Shown: in pieces, positions 37,363 to 46,436 of the stretch
Position numbering within the stretch: position 1 is the first letter of the stretch
Layout of the letters: each line of letters begins with the position of its first letter
IMG/VR virus record: IMGVR_UViG_3300044675_001894
Coordinates: 32,858-96,857 of that record
Strand: one strand, 5' to 3'
From: a virus
DNA: 64,000 nucleotides
Translations under genes and position numbers: made by a program
The notes under the pieces: generated by a model
Database searches by the model: none
What the model was told of the DNA's origin: nothing
What the model saw: only the letters and a program-made list of their open reading frames with translations

Positions 37363-38085
37363 TTATTTGTCAAAGCCGAGTTCTTCTGATGCAATCTGCA
37401 TCAAATCACGCTTAGAAGGGACCTGAATGATCTCCTCGGTGTATGCACTCTCTGTAAGTTCAGCAAGTTGCTCAGGTGTAATCACTGCAAGACCCCACTC
37501 TTCAAGGTCAGCCGCTTTGACCATCTGAAGCAAGGTGGACGATGTTGCGCCCTTACCTGTGCGTGAGATAGCCCAGTAGTGCTTATCAAGAGGACCTGTG
37601 CGGTCGCTGTTGTGGAAGTTCTTCAACTGGTCAATTACTCGTGGACCAATTTCCAATGAACGGAGCGCTGGCTCTTCACCTTCGGTGAGAAGTGCAACGT
37701 TGAAATTGTGACGCTTGGATGGGCGACTACCTGCTTTGCAAAGTGGGCAATCTTCACCGATACAAACGAATGACTTCTGACCAGAACGCTCAAGCCAGTG
37801 CTGACCATACGAAGCGTATGGAGCATCACCAATGAAGCGAATGATCTGAGTGTCTTCGGTCAACTTAAGACGGACGGCGTAGTTGCTGTCGCCTGTCTTT
37901 ACGGAGTCAACACCGCTCCAACCACTGCGGACAACACGGCGTGCTTTTGGAGCATCGTCTTCGTCTGCAACACGGGCTGGTCGTGGCTTGGCTGTAATCT
38001 CATCGTCATCGTTTGAGACGATTGGCTTCTTACGAACGACAGGTTGAAATTCCTGCTCGTCATCTTCAAATTCATTAAATGGCAT
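37363..38085 (-). CDS. single-stranded DNA-binding protein (gp32-like)
   Basis: QHW, C....CPLC and R.GKG..S; next to the polymerase. Confidence 0.7.
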   Translation of the reverse strand: MPFNEFEDDEQEFQPVVRKKPIVSNDDDEITAKPRPARVADEDDAPKARRVVRSGWSGVDSVKTGDSNYAVRLKLTEDTQIIRFIGDAPYASYGQHWLERSGQKSFVCIGEDCPLCKAGSRPSKRHNFNVALLTEGEEPALRSLEIGPRVIDQLKNFHNSDRTGPLDKHYWAISRTGKGATSSTLLQMVKAADLEEWGLAVITPEQLAELTESAYTEEIIQVPSKRDLMQIASEELGFDK

Positions 38086-38103
38086 CGTTTTTCTTTCTAT
38101 GAG

Positions 38104-38553
38104 TTATTTTGGATAGTTTTTTGATGTGTGATTTGCAAACCCTGCCCAGTCTGCTTGCGCAGTATCTAGTTTGAAGGTTTGTATTGCATCAAGTAGAAAC
38201 TCTACCTGTGCTCTGCTGTAAAGCCTACGACCTTTTACAGATTTATTAGGAATCTGTGCAGTCTTCGGAGCGGGAGTGCGATAGGTGGCTTTAGGTACCC
38301 ACCCACGTGTTTCCCACATACGAATTGTTACGGGCTTTCGGTTTACAGCAATTGCTAACTGACCAATAGTAAACATTTGCATGTCTTCTCCATTGATCCG
38401 ATAGACCTTGTAGCGAGCGCCATTAAAGCGATCACTTAATAATGAGTTTTGTTTCTTAGAAGAGGGGCGATTCTTAGGCGCACGAGAACCTGGGAAGTCA
38501 GGCAGGTCGCCAAACATCTCAAGTGCTTTGTCGCTCACGCTTTGAATGCCCAC
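38104..38553 (-). CDS. MerR-like HTH DNA-binding protein
   Basis: TIGQLA....TIRMWE..G..P and RRLYS. Confidence 0.75.
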   Translation of the reverse strand: MGIQSVSDKALEMFGDLPDFPGSRAPKNRPSSKKQNSLLSDRFNGARYKVYRINGEDMQMFTIGQLAIAVNRKPVTIRMWETRGWVPKATYRTPAPKTAQIPNKSVKGRRLYSRAQVEFLLDAIQTFKLDTAQADWAGFANHTSKNYPK

Positions 38554-38969
38554 GTTTCTTTCTCAACATAGAACGAAGTAACGGTCTCTTCATGGTCTTT
38601 GTGTTCCCATGCAAACTTAACAAGGTTGTCCTCGTCTACGACTTCTACAACTTTCTTGATGGTGTCCCAATAACCATTGGAACGTGCCCACTGCTCTACA
38701 GCCATGACGTCCAATGAACGGGAGATACGGCGTTCACGCTTCAATTCAAATGAACCAACTTTGAGCCATTGATGACCCTTGTCATCGGTGTAACCGAAAA
38801 CGGTAACAGCCTCGGCAAGTTGCTTCTTCATGTCGCCTAAGCGCTTCTCAAGAATGTCAACAGTCTCTTTGGACTTCTTGAACTCTTCGGCAAGGCGCTC
38901 TAAATGCACTTCATCAAAATCCTTGATGATTGATTCTTCTGCTGGTTTTTCTCTTTTTACTGTTGCCAT
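38535..38969 (-). CDS. hypothetical protein
   Basis: Coiled-coil N-terminus. Confidence 0.7.
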   Translation of the reverse strand: MATVKREKPAEESIIKDFDEVHLERLAEEFKKSKETVDILEKRLGDMKKQLAEAVTVFGYTDDKGHQWLKVGSFELKRERRISRSLDVMAVEQWARSNGYWDTIKKVVEVVDEDNLVKFAWEHKDHEETVTSFYVEKETWAFKA

Positions 38970-38978
38970 CGTTTTTCC

Positions 38979-40526
38979 TTATAGTTGTGATGTTGATATG
39001 AAGTCAGACAGGGTACCGATTGTTAATTCAAACTTACCTTGGCTGTCGTAATTCCCGTCAATGAAAGCCTCATTGATGCCACGCTTCTGTTGAAGCATTT
39101 CGTACTGGCGTTCTTCAATTGATCCCTTCATAACGAAGGAGGCAACTGTAACATGGGGGTGTAACGAAGACAACCTAATGATGCGAGCCTCTCGTTGATC
39201 CAGTTTCCCAGCACTCCATGGCAGGTCATAAGAGATGAGGTAGTTGGCATTTGGCAAGTCCACGCCATAACCACCAGCATCTGATGACAGGAATATACGG
39301 GTATTTGGATCGGTAGCGAACTGCTGTTTGGCGGCGTCACGTTCTTCGGCAGTCATGCCACCCATAAAAAGAACACTATTAGTCTGAGGTTTAAAAGCCG
39401 TTTGCAACAGTCGTAGGTTCTGTTTAAAGAATGAGAATAGAACAACCTTGCTATCAGGGTCACCCGACAAGATGTCAGTCACGTACTCAATGACTGATGC
39501 CATCTTTGGCGATTTGGCAGTTTCTGATAACCAACCAGCCTTGATGATCTTGTCTGCATACTGGCTTCCATCTTTGCCTTGTGTCTCTCGGAACTTACGA
39601 GCAGAGTCATACACAAGGGCTGGATTGTCACACAACATGCGCAAGATAGTTAGGCGGGACATGATTTGCCCCTGCGCTTCTCCGCCACCGTCTCCACCGT
39701 TGTAGTGGGACCATAGGTCAAAACCACGTCCATGTGTTGCAATGGCGTTTGCTATTTCTTTTAGAAGGTCTTTAGCAATTGCTTCGTAGGCAACTGCGCC
39801 AGCGTTATCAAAAGACACAGGTATTACTTGATGTATAACTTTTGGCAACTGATCTGCAATGTCTGCTCGTGTCTTACGAACCATGGACTCAGTGAGACTG
39901 TCTTGTAGTTGCTTAAGGTTGCGGTAGCGCATTGGTTTGCCGTAGTGATCACGAACAATGAAAGTGCGGTCAAAGATGTCAAAGCGACCTAGCACTCCCT
40001 TATCTACAAACTCCATGATGGAAAACAACTCTTCTGGTTTGTTCTCAATTGGCTGACCTGTGAGGGCAAAGCGGTAATGGCATTTAGCACCAAGACGCTT
40101 GAGCAACTTAGAACGCTTTGCTCTAGGAGACTTGATGATGGTTGCCTCGTCTATGACCATGGCATCAAACTTAAGTGCAAGAAACTCTTTCTCGTCCTTT
40201 ACCAACATCTCAGGGTTGACAATGATGTAGCGACAACGTAAAGCATTGCGCCACAAAGGTGCACGAGCGGCTTTGGTACCATCAATCACAATTGCTTTTG
40301 AGTTGGTGAACTTCTTGATTTCACGTAACCACTGGAACTTAAGTGATGAGGGAACTACTACGGCTACACGATCAATCTCCCCATCATCAAACAAACGTTC
40401 AATGGCGGCAAGCGTTGTTGGTGTCTTACCAGCACCCATGACCATGGCAAGCATCATCTGCCCACGGTCAACCATGCGTTCCATGGCTTCCTGTTGGAAT
40501 GGATAAAGGGTGCCGTTAAAAGTCAT
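38979..40526 (-). CDS. SNF2-family helicase
   Basis: MGAGKT, DEAT, LTGQPIEN, GGYGVDL and QREARI.R. Confidence 0.9.
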   Translation of the reverse strand: MTFNGTLYPFQQEAMERMVDRGQMMLAMVMGAGKTPTTLAAIERLFDDGEIDRVAVVVPSSLKFQWLREIKKFTNSKAIVIDGTKAARAPLWRNALRCRYIIVNPEMLVKDEKEFLALKFDAMVIDEATIIKSPRAKRSKLLKRLGAKCHYRFALTGQPIENKPEELFSIMEFVDKGVLGRFDIFDRTFIVRDHYGKPMRYRNLKQLQDSLTESMVRKTRADIADQLPKVIHQVIPVSFDNAGAVAYEAIAKDLLKEIANAIATHGRGFDLWSHYNGGDGGGEAQGQIMSRLTILRMLCDNPALVYDSARKFRETQGKDGSQYADKIIKAGWLSETAKSPKMASVIEYVTDILSGDPDSKVVLFSFFKQNLRLLQTAFKPQTNSVLFMGGMTAEERDAAKQQFATDPNTRIFLSSDAGGYGVDLPNANYLISYDLPWSAGKLDQREARIIRLSSLHPHVTVASFVMKGSIEERQYEMLQQKRGINEAFIDGNYDSQGKFELTIGTLSDFISTSQL

Positions 40527-41440
40527 TACATCCACCAAGGAAGCACTGATGCGTGCTTGATTGCGTAGTCCACTTCTTCGTCCGTCATGTCACCAATGTC
40601 TTTGGCATCTGTCTTACTGTAGTCCAGGAAGAATATACCGTCACGAAAACGTGGTAACGCTTTTAGCAAAGTCTTAGCGGACTCAATTCCTGCTTTGTCG
40701 TTATCCATTGCAATAATCACTCGCTCTGCTGATTCAGAAAGCAAAGTCATTTGCTCGTGACTTACATGGGCACCAAATGTGGCGAGTGCTTGCATACCCC
40801 CGAATGATGATGCAAACCTCACCACATCCAATGGTGACTCAACGAGCACAGCAGTCCTTGATTGAAAACGTTCAATACCAAAAAGAGTCTTGCTCTTCTT
40901 TATACCAACTGGGTGGTTGTTGAAATACTCAGGACCTTTTTCTTGCCAACCCATAAGTTCACCTAATGGAGAGACAATAGGAATAACCCATGCTTTCTTC
41001 ATCATGTTCCATTTGATGCCGTGAACTAACGCAACGTCTGCATCAAGGTGTCGCCTTACTAACTCTCTGTGAGGCACCTGTTCAAAGCGACTGTACGAAA
41101 CCCAGTCAACTTCTGGCTGGTACTCAACTCGTTCTGGAGCAGTGAGACGATTGATACCTGTCTCAATCAACAACTGGTTAACAGCCGAAACACTGTCAGG
41201 GTTACCTGTCAACTCTGAAACAAGACCAGCAAGTGTTCCACGAGCGCCACATGAGTGACAGATCCACAAACCGCTCTCTGCATTCATTGACCATGAAGGA
41301 GAACCATCTGCACGACCAGTGCGCTTCTCATGTACAGGACAGCATCCTGAAATCTCACGACCACTTGTTCGGCGTACATCTACGCCAAGTTCTATAAGAA
41401 CATTAGAAAGATCAGTAGTACCAGTTGTCTGTGTCGCCAT
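40526..41440 (-). CDS. DNA primase (zinc finger + TOPRIM)
   Basis: CPVH...CHSC, VES.LD and MDND.AG. Confidence 0.9.
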   Translation of the reverse strand: MATQTTGTTDLSNVLIELGVDVRRTSGREISGCCPVHEKRTGRADGSPSWSMNAESGLWICHSCGARGTLAGLVSELTGNPDSVSAVNQLLIETGINRLTAPERVEYQPEVDWVSYSRFEQVPHRELVRRHLDADVALVHGIKWNMMKKAWVIPIVSPLGELMGWQEKGPEYFNNHPVGIKKSKTLFGIERFQSRTAVLVESPLDVVRFASSFGGMQALATFGAHVSHEQMTLLSESAERVIIAMDNDKAGIESAKTLLKALPRFRDGIFFLDYSKTDAKDIGDMTDEEVDYAIKHASVLPWWM

Positions 41441-42668
41441 TGTCATTTTCATCAACCTCCGTAAAGTTCATATTTTCCCAATCCCATTTAATTCTTACTT
41501 CACCCTTAGGTGATGACCGAGACAAGATAACTCTGATGATTGCTTGGTTATCTACGTCAGGATCTGATTCCACACCGAGCACAAGGTCTGAGTCCTGTGC
41601 GAACGATGATGTGTAACCAATTGCTTCCGCCGTAATCTGTCGTGACTTCTTGTTTCCAAGTTTCCACGACAATACTTGTGTTGTCCCGATGATAGGGATA
41701 TCAAAGCGCTGTGCCAACCTCTTAAGCGAGCGTGTGATATTTGTCAATGCTTGTGGTGAACCCTTTGGTTCTCCTTGCTCATCGTCCATGAGGTACACAC
41801 CGTCAACGATAAGCAAACGTGGTCGGTGCTGTTGCACCTTTCCAGCAAGTGCACTTACTGTTGTTAGAGAGTGCGTATCTTCGGTCATGATGAACGGGTG
41901 CATGTTCTTGCGAAGTTTCAGCGCTTTTGAAATACGCTCCATGTCTTGCGCAGTCAAGTCACCTCGGATGATGCGTGTATGTGGCACTCCTGAAATGATG
42001 GCGTCATAACGAGCCGCTTGCTCTTCAATACTCATTTCAAACGAAACATACATTGGCGTGATGCCGTGGCTGTGAGCCGCATCAGCCATGATCAAGGTCA
42101 TTAATGATTTACCTTTTTTCGCTTCACCAACGAATGTAACCAACTGCTGAGGCCGAAGACCAGCAGTGATCCGATCAAGACCCAAGAAGCCTGTCGGAAT
42201 GCCACGTAGACCGTTCGGGGTGTTACGCATTTCTTCATACTTTGCTAACCGTCCTTCCCATGATTCCATGAGGTCAATGTCTCGGAGTCGTGCAACTTCT
42301 ACTGATGCCTTCTGTAGACCCTCGGAGAGTTTGTTAAAGGCTTCTTCAGTCTCGTTGTTATTAAGCGATGGGAGCGCAGATGTAATTGCGCTGACCAAGT
42401 GCTGGTGTTTGTAAGCAATATAGATCTCGTCAATGAGCGCTTGAAATGGTTCGTTCTCAGCGTTGAGCAAACGTAGGTCTGCGTACTGTTGCTTGAACAC
42501 ACGAGCGCTTGGCACCACGCTGTATTCACGCCAGTAGTCAAGAACCCATAGCCAGATGTCAGACCATTCACCACTGAAGTGATCAGGGCGAAGTCCACCG
42601 TCAATAATCTCGCTGAGGTCAGCAGTCTGAATAACCTTGCTAATTAAGAGATGTTCAGTTGATGCCAT
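41412..42668 (-). CDS. dnaB: DnaB-like replicative helicase
   Basis: IPTGF..LD....GL, GEAKKGKS, SFEM and QDSD. Confidence 0.92.
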   Translation of the reverse strand: MASTEHLLISKVIQTADLSEIIDGGLRPDHFSGEWSDIWLWVLDYWREYSVVPSARVFKQQYADLRLLNAENEPFQALIDEIYIAYKHQHLVSAITSALPSLNNNETEEAFNKLSEGLQKASVEVARLRDIDLMESWEGRLAKYEEMRNTPNGLRGIPTGFLGLDRITAGLRPQQLVTFVGEAKKGKSLMTLIMADAAHSHGITPMYVSFEMSIEEQAARYDAIISGVPHTRIIRGDLTAQDMERISKALKLRKNMHPFIMTEDTHSLTTVSALAGKVQQHRPRLLIVDGVYLMDDEQGEPKGSPQALTNITRSLKRLAQRFDIPIIGTTQVLSWKLGNKKSRQITAEAIGYTSSFAQDSDLVLGVESDPDVDNQAIIRVILSRSSPKGEVRIKWDWENMNFTEVDENDNGDTDNWYY

Positions 42669-43108
42669 TAGAAAACCCAAGCGCTTGTAGGAGATGAAAC
42701 TGTCGCACGAATACCAAGCGCAAATGCTTGTTCTTGGTGCGGGACGAAGATTGTACGGACAGATCTCTTGAAACGCAAGTCGTATTCAAGTTCTCCTACA
42801 TTTTTATAATAGAGAACAGGAAGAGACATTCCTTTACGTTGTAGCCAGTTGTCTACTGCTTCAACTGCGTCTATTGCCAAGAAGGTGTACACCTCTGCAC
42901 CAATACCTAAACGATGCGTTGTGTCATAGAGCGACTTCAACGGAAGGTCGTGTGACTCCCACAAGTTAAGAACACGGTTCCAGTTGTTGCGTGCTTTGTA
43001 CAACGAACTACCAATACCTTTAAACCCTCCAGGAGGAGAAGCAAGTAGTTCTTCAAAGATAACTCCGTATCCAACATCATCGTATGACTGAATATCGTTA
43101 CCGAACAT
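42668..43108 (-). CDS. hypothetical protein
   Basis: Coupled ORF in the replication operon. Confidence 0.65.
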   Translation of the reverse strand: MFGNDIQSYDDVGYGVIFEELLASPPGGFKGIGSSLYKARNNWNRVLNLWESHDLPLKSLYDTTHRLGIGAEVYTFLAIDAVEAVDNWLQRKGMSLPVLYYKNVGELEYDLRFKRSVRTIFVPHQEQAFALGIRATVSSPTSAWVF

Positions 43109-43740
43109 TAGTGCTCCAACCTGTAGTCAGCACCAGTTACTCCCATAATGAAACATGATTGTTTGATAATGGAATGCACTCGTGGACTGTACAGAGTTGG
43201 TAACTTGTCGGGGTTGATTTCTGTTGTAAAGATTGTTGGCAACTGCATGTCATAGCGAGACTCAATCATGCTTGACACAGTCTTGGACATGTACTCAGTT
43301 AATCGGTCGGCATTCAAGTTGTCAACAACAACGATGTCATAAATGCGGCGCATGTACTTAAGCAAGTTTGGATCGCCGTACATCTCAGGAAGTTCACCAT
43401 CATTGTTGCGTGAGTCGTGCACCATCTCAACAAAGATGTCGTAGGAGATAAACAAACCACTGAGTTCGTTCTTTGAAACAACTTCACGCAAAGCGGCTAC
43501 CGCCATGTGTGTTTTACCAAGACCTGTCTTGCCATGGATATACAAACCCATGCCGTCTTCCATACGCTTTTCAATATTGTTTGTCCACTTGATGACAGCA
43601 TCTTTGAATGCAGGAGAACCTTCGTTCTCGTCATAGTTTGCAAACGTGCTGTTCTTGTAGCGAGGTGGTATGCGCAGGTTACGAACCCGTTCTTCAACGG
43701 GGCGGTTGCGCCAGTACTTTGAACTCTTCCAGTCAGTCAT
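43108..43740 (-). CDS. DnaC/IstB-like AAA+ helicase loader
   Basis: IPPRY...F and GKTGLGKTH; R....PTIFTT. Confidence 0.88.
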   Translation of the reverse strand: MTDWKSSKYWRNRPVEERVRNLRIPPRYKNSTFANYDENEGSPAFKDAVIKWTNNIEKRMEDGMGLYIHGKTGLGKTHMAVAALREVVSKNELSGLFISYDIFVEMVHDSRNNDGELPEMYGDPNLLKYMRRIYDIVVVDNLNADRLTEYMSKTVSSMIESRYDMQLPTIFTTEINPDKLPTLYSPRVHSIIKQSCFIMGVTGADYRLEH

Positions 43741-43847
43741 GCTTTTCCATTTTGTGAGGGGGTAACGATGATACCGCACACCTGTGGTCTAAAAACGTAA
43801 CTGCATCTAAAAAGTAAAGATCACAGCAAATACAATGTATATACGAT

Positions 43848-44255
43848 CTACTCTTCGGTAAGTCTTGGGTCAATTGAGATTGAGGTCGGCTGATCGTCTT
43901 CTTTGACATAGTTTTCCTTTGCGTATTTATCCAAGTTTGCTAAGAATGCTCTCCACGGCGCAACCTCCACTGGTAACGGTCTCCGTGTTATCTCTTTTAC
44001 AAACGCCATGATCATTGCACGTATCTGGTCAGTTGTAAAGCCCTTGTCGGTGAGTTTCTTGAAACCCTTCATCAGAGCGGGACCATTCACTGGGGCGGTG
44101 ATTCTGTCCATGGTCTCGGTCGGGAGACTGGCACGGAAGAAATACACCAAGTTTCCTCGGGAGTCTTGTCGGGTTTGTTTTGGGGCGGGTTCTTTTTTGT
44201 CGGGGTCTTCACCTAAGCCGACGCCCCAGTCGTCAGAAAGTTTCTTCATCTTCAA
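43848..44255 (-). CDS. hypothetical replication-associated protein
   Basis: 135 aa ORF between the initiator and the loader. Confidence 0.65.
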   Translation of the reverse strand: MKMKKLSDDWGVGLGEDPDKKEPAPKQTRQDSRGNLVYFFRASLPTETMDRITAPVNGPALMKGFKKLTDKGFTTDQIRAMIMAFVKEITRRPLPVEVAPWRAFLANLDKYAKENYVKEDDQPTSISIDPRLTEE

Positions 44256-44718
44256 GCCTCTGATCTACTTGTGTTGAAATTTTCCCTTTCTTGTTAAATT
44301 TACTCTTGTTATATACTCTTGATTGGGTGTCACCCGTGACACTACTAGTGGTGTCTCCCGTGACACTACCTAGTGTCTCCATGGACACTACTAGGGGTGA
44401 CTCATGTGACACTACTGGGTTGTTAAAATTGACGTAATAGCGGTTCGTCAAGTTCTTGTTGTTGCGGGTCACACGGTGTTGTTTAACGATCAAGCCAATC
44501 TCTTCTAGGCGCTTCATAGAGCGTATTACGGTTCGGCGGTCACAGCCCAACTGGTCAGCAATGTGCTGGTAGGAGGTTGTCAGTTCCTGCGTATCTGGAT
44601 GGAGGTACTGAAGCATGTGGTTCAGTACTGCATGCGAGATGTAGTCCGTAGAGATGTATGGAAGCACCCATCTCGGGACAGGTAAAAAGGGTCCGCTCAA
44701 CTTATTGTTTCGTGCCAT
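44233..44718 (-). CDS. HTH replication initiator (lambda O-like)
   Basis: SYQHIADQLGCDRRTVIRSMKRLEEIGLI, N.Y; internal iterons; SD CCTGAGGAG at 44723-44731. Confidence 0.8.
   Translation of the reverse strand: MARNNKLSGPFLPVPRWVLPYISTDYISHAVLNHMLQYLHPDTQELTTSYQHIADQLGCDRRTVIRSMKRLEEIGLIVKQHRVTRNNKNLTNRYYVNFNNPVVSHESPLVVSMETLGSVTGDTTSSVTGDTQSRVYNKSKFNKKGKISTQVDQRLEDEETF
44327..44418. repeat. iteron array, probable replication origin
   Basis: Four GACACTAC cores at 44338, 44362, 44384 and 44408, next to an AT-rich tract at 44276-44325. Confidence 0.75.
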
Positions 44719-44765
44719 ACTGCTCCTCAGGTTGTTATCTAGGGTCGCCATGCTACACTCTCGCT

Positions 44766-44901
44766 AGTCGCTTTAGCACTTCCCTGATCGGGTGCTAAAG
44801 TGGGCATAGTGTTGGGGGGAGGGCGACCTCCTCAGGAAATACAGAGCAAGGGTCTTTCCCTCCTTTCTGCCCTTGCCCTTGTTAACGGCCCTCCCTTCAA
44901 C
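44766..44901 (+). ncRNA. putative anti-Shine-Dalgarno small RNA
   Basis: Extended -10 TGcTACACT at 44751-44759; 13 bp and 14 bp stems with G-U pairs; exposed GACCTCCTCAGG and CCTCCTTTCT. Confidence 0.6.
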
Positions 44902-44916
44902 CGCTAAACTATGTTC

Positions 44917-45081
44917 ATGGCATCTAAAAAAGAAGTATGGGATAAACCCAATCCAAAGAAGAAGTCAACCAAGTTGACACCTGACCAGAAGTCAGAAGCA
45001 AAGGCTCGTGCTAAAGCCGCTGGTCGTCCATATCCAAACCTTGTTGACAACATGGCTGTCTCCAAGAAAGGTAAGAAATAA
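44917..45081 (+). CDS. small basic protein (54 aa)
   Basis: Hand-translated MASKKEVWDKPNPK...GRPYPNLVDN; leaderless after TAAACT. Confidence 0.75.
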   Translation: MASKKEVWDKPNPKKKSTKLTPDQKSEAKARAKAAGRPYPNLVDNMAVSKKGKK

Positions 45082-45350
45082 TGGCTGAGAGTAAGAAAGA
45101 CCCACGACTTGCACGTGCAGGTGTGTCTGGTTTCAACAAACCAAAAGCAACACCTGACCACCCAACTAAGTCGCATGTTGTTGTTGCTAAAGAAGGCGAC
45201 AACGTTAAGACCATTCGCTTTGGGCAACAGGGCGTCAAAGGTTCACCTGATGGTTCCGCACGCAATGCTTCGTTCAAGGCACGTCATGCCAAGAACATCT
45301 CTAAAGGAAAGATGTCTGCCGCCTATTGGGCTGACAAGGTGAAGTGGTAA
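45081..45350 (+). CDS. small basic protein (DUF6321-like)
   Basis: KSHVV, IRFGQQG, R.SFKARH and SAAYWA.KVKW. Confidence 0.75.
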   Translation: MAESKKDPRLARAGVSGFNKPKATPDHPTKSHVVVAKEGDNVKTIRFGQQGVKGSPDGSARNASFKARHAKNISKGKMSAAYWADKVKW

Positions 45351-46172
45351 CTAAATAGTTGCACCGAAGCCAAACAACTGTTTGACTTCTTCCACGTTTG
45401 CAGGACGGCTCATAATCACTCCGCTAGGGAATGTTGCCGTAAGCATGCAGGTGTCATAAGAATTAGTAACTGCTCGGTCGTTTTGAGCACTACTTACAAC
45501 ATGGAATGTACCTAGATCAATAGGTGGCAAGATGTCTACTTCTTCTACTTCGGTATCTTCAATAATTGGGTCTGGCATCGTAACGTCATTGAGTATTGCA
45601 TCAACGATTTGTTCTTTAGTCATGGTCGTTCCTACTTGGATACCTTGAGCCTTTGCGTTCTTGCGAAGGACACCAATAGACATTGACAACATTTCATCAC
45701 GGCTAAACGGTTCAATCTCAACTTCTTCAGTTGGTACTGGTGCAGTCTTTTCTTCGTGCGTTATGTCAACAACAATTGGGACCAATCCATTAGTCAAGTC
45801 CAGGATTGTTACACCAGCGTCAGCGGCATCAAAACAAATCTCTTCCATTTCAGGTATCAATGTGTCATCCCAAAGAAGCAAAAGAGTTCCTTTTGTCTTT
45901 GACAAGTAGTGGATGATGTCTCTCGCTGGGTTTGCCTCTAGTCGTTCAACTGAAGCCTTTTCAATGAACTCCGCAGGAGCCTTACCATTGTGGGTAAGCA
46001 TGAAATTAACTTCCATGTCAATCAGCCAGTTGATAACTCGTGACTCTGACTCAGATGGTTTGGCACCACATGTAACAATAAAGTCGTTGTCTACACCTAG
46101 TTCATTAAGAGCATCTTCAATGATGTTCTTGCTAGTTCTACCTGTTCCTAAAATCCCATATTTCTTTAGCAT
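45351..46172 (-). CDS. hypothetical protein
   Basis: 273 aa; AGGAG SD; possible HeH/Rho-N-like motif near LRKNAK...MTKEQIVDAI. Confidence 0.7.
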   Translation of the reverse strand: MLKKYGILGTGRTSKNIIEDALNELGVDNDFIVTCGAKPSESESRVINWLIDMEVNFMLTHNGKAPAEFIEKASVERLEANPARDIIHYLSKTKGTLLLLWDDTLIPEMEEICFDAADAGVTILDLTNGLVPIVVDITHEEKTAPVPTEEVEIEPFSRDEMLSMSIGVLRKNAKAQGIQVGTTMTKEQIVDAILNDVTMPDPIIEDTEVEEVDILPPIDLGTFHVVSSAQNDRAVTNSYDTCMLTATFPSGVIMSRPANVEEVKQLFGFGATI

Positions 46173-46181
46173 CGTTTTCTC

Positions 46182-46436
46182 CTATTTTAATGATTTGCGT
46201 TGTGACATGTCCCCCACAAGCGTAATCATTCGGAGTACACCGTGGCAGGCGCCAGCCAGTGTAGCGACAACAAGACCCGAAGTCCACATGTCTTCAATAT
46301 TTAAAACAAAAGATGCGCCGTATCCAAATACAACGCCAGCAAGAATCTTGACCCAAGGCATCGCTTCCCTTGGAGTTATTACATTTAGTAGTTGAACCAA
46401 TTTGTATACCGCTAACCCAGCGATTATGTAGTTCAT
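46182..46436 (-). CDS. small membrane protein (holin-like)
   Basis: 2-3 hydrophobic segments, at the end of the tail operon. Confidence 0.55.
   Translation of the reverse strand: MNYIIAGLAVYKLVQLLNVITPREAMPWVKILAGVVFGYGASFVLNIEDMWTSGLVVATLAGACHGVLRMITLVGDMSQRKSLK

Noticed and set aside
44773-44798. CIRCE (HrcA) element TTAGCACTT-N8-GGGTGCTAA
   Set aside because: The spacer is 8 rather than 9 nt, both arms mismatch the consensus, and the G-U pattern fits an RNA hairpin better.
44825-44868. Minus-strand SD sequences for an unannotated gene
   Set aside because: No suitably spaced start with a meaningful ORF follows, and the stems need plus-strand G-U pairs.
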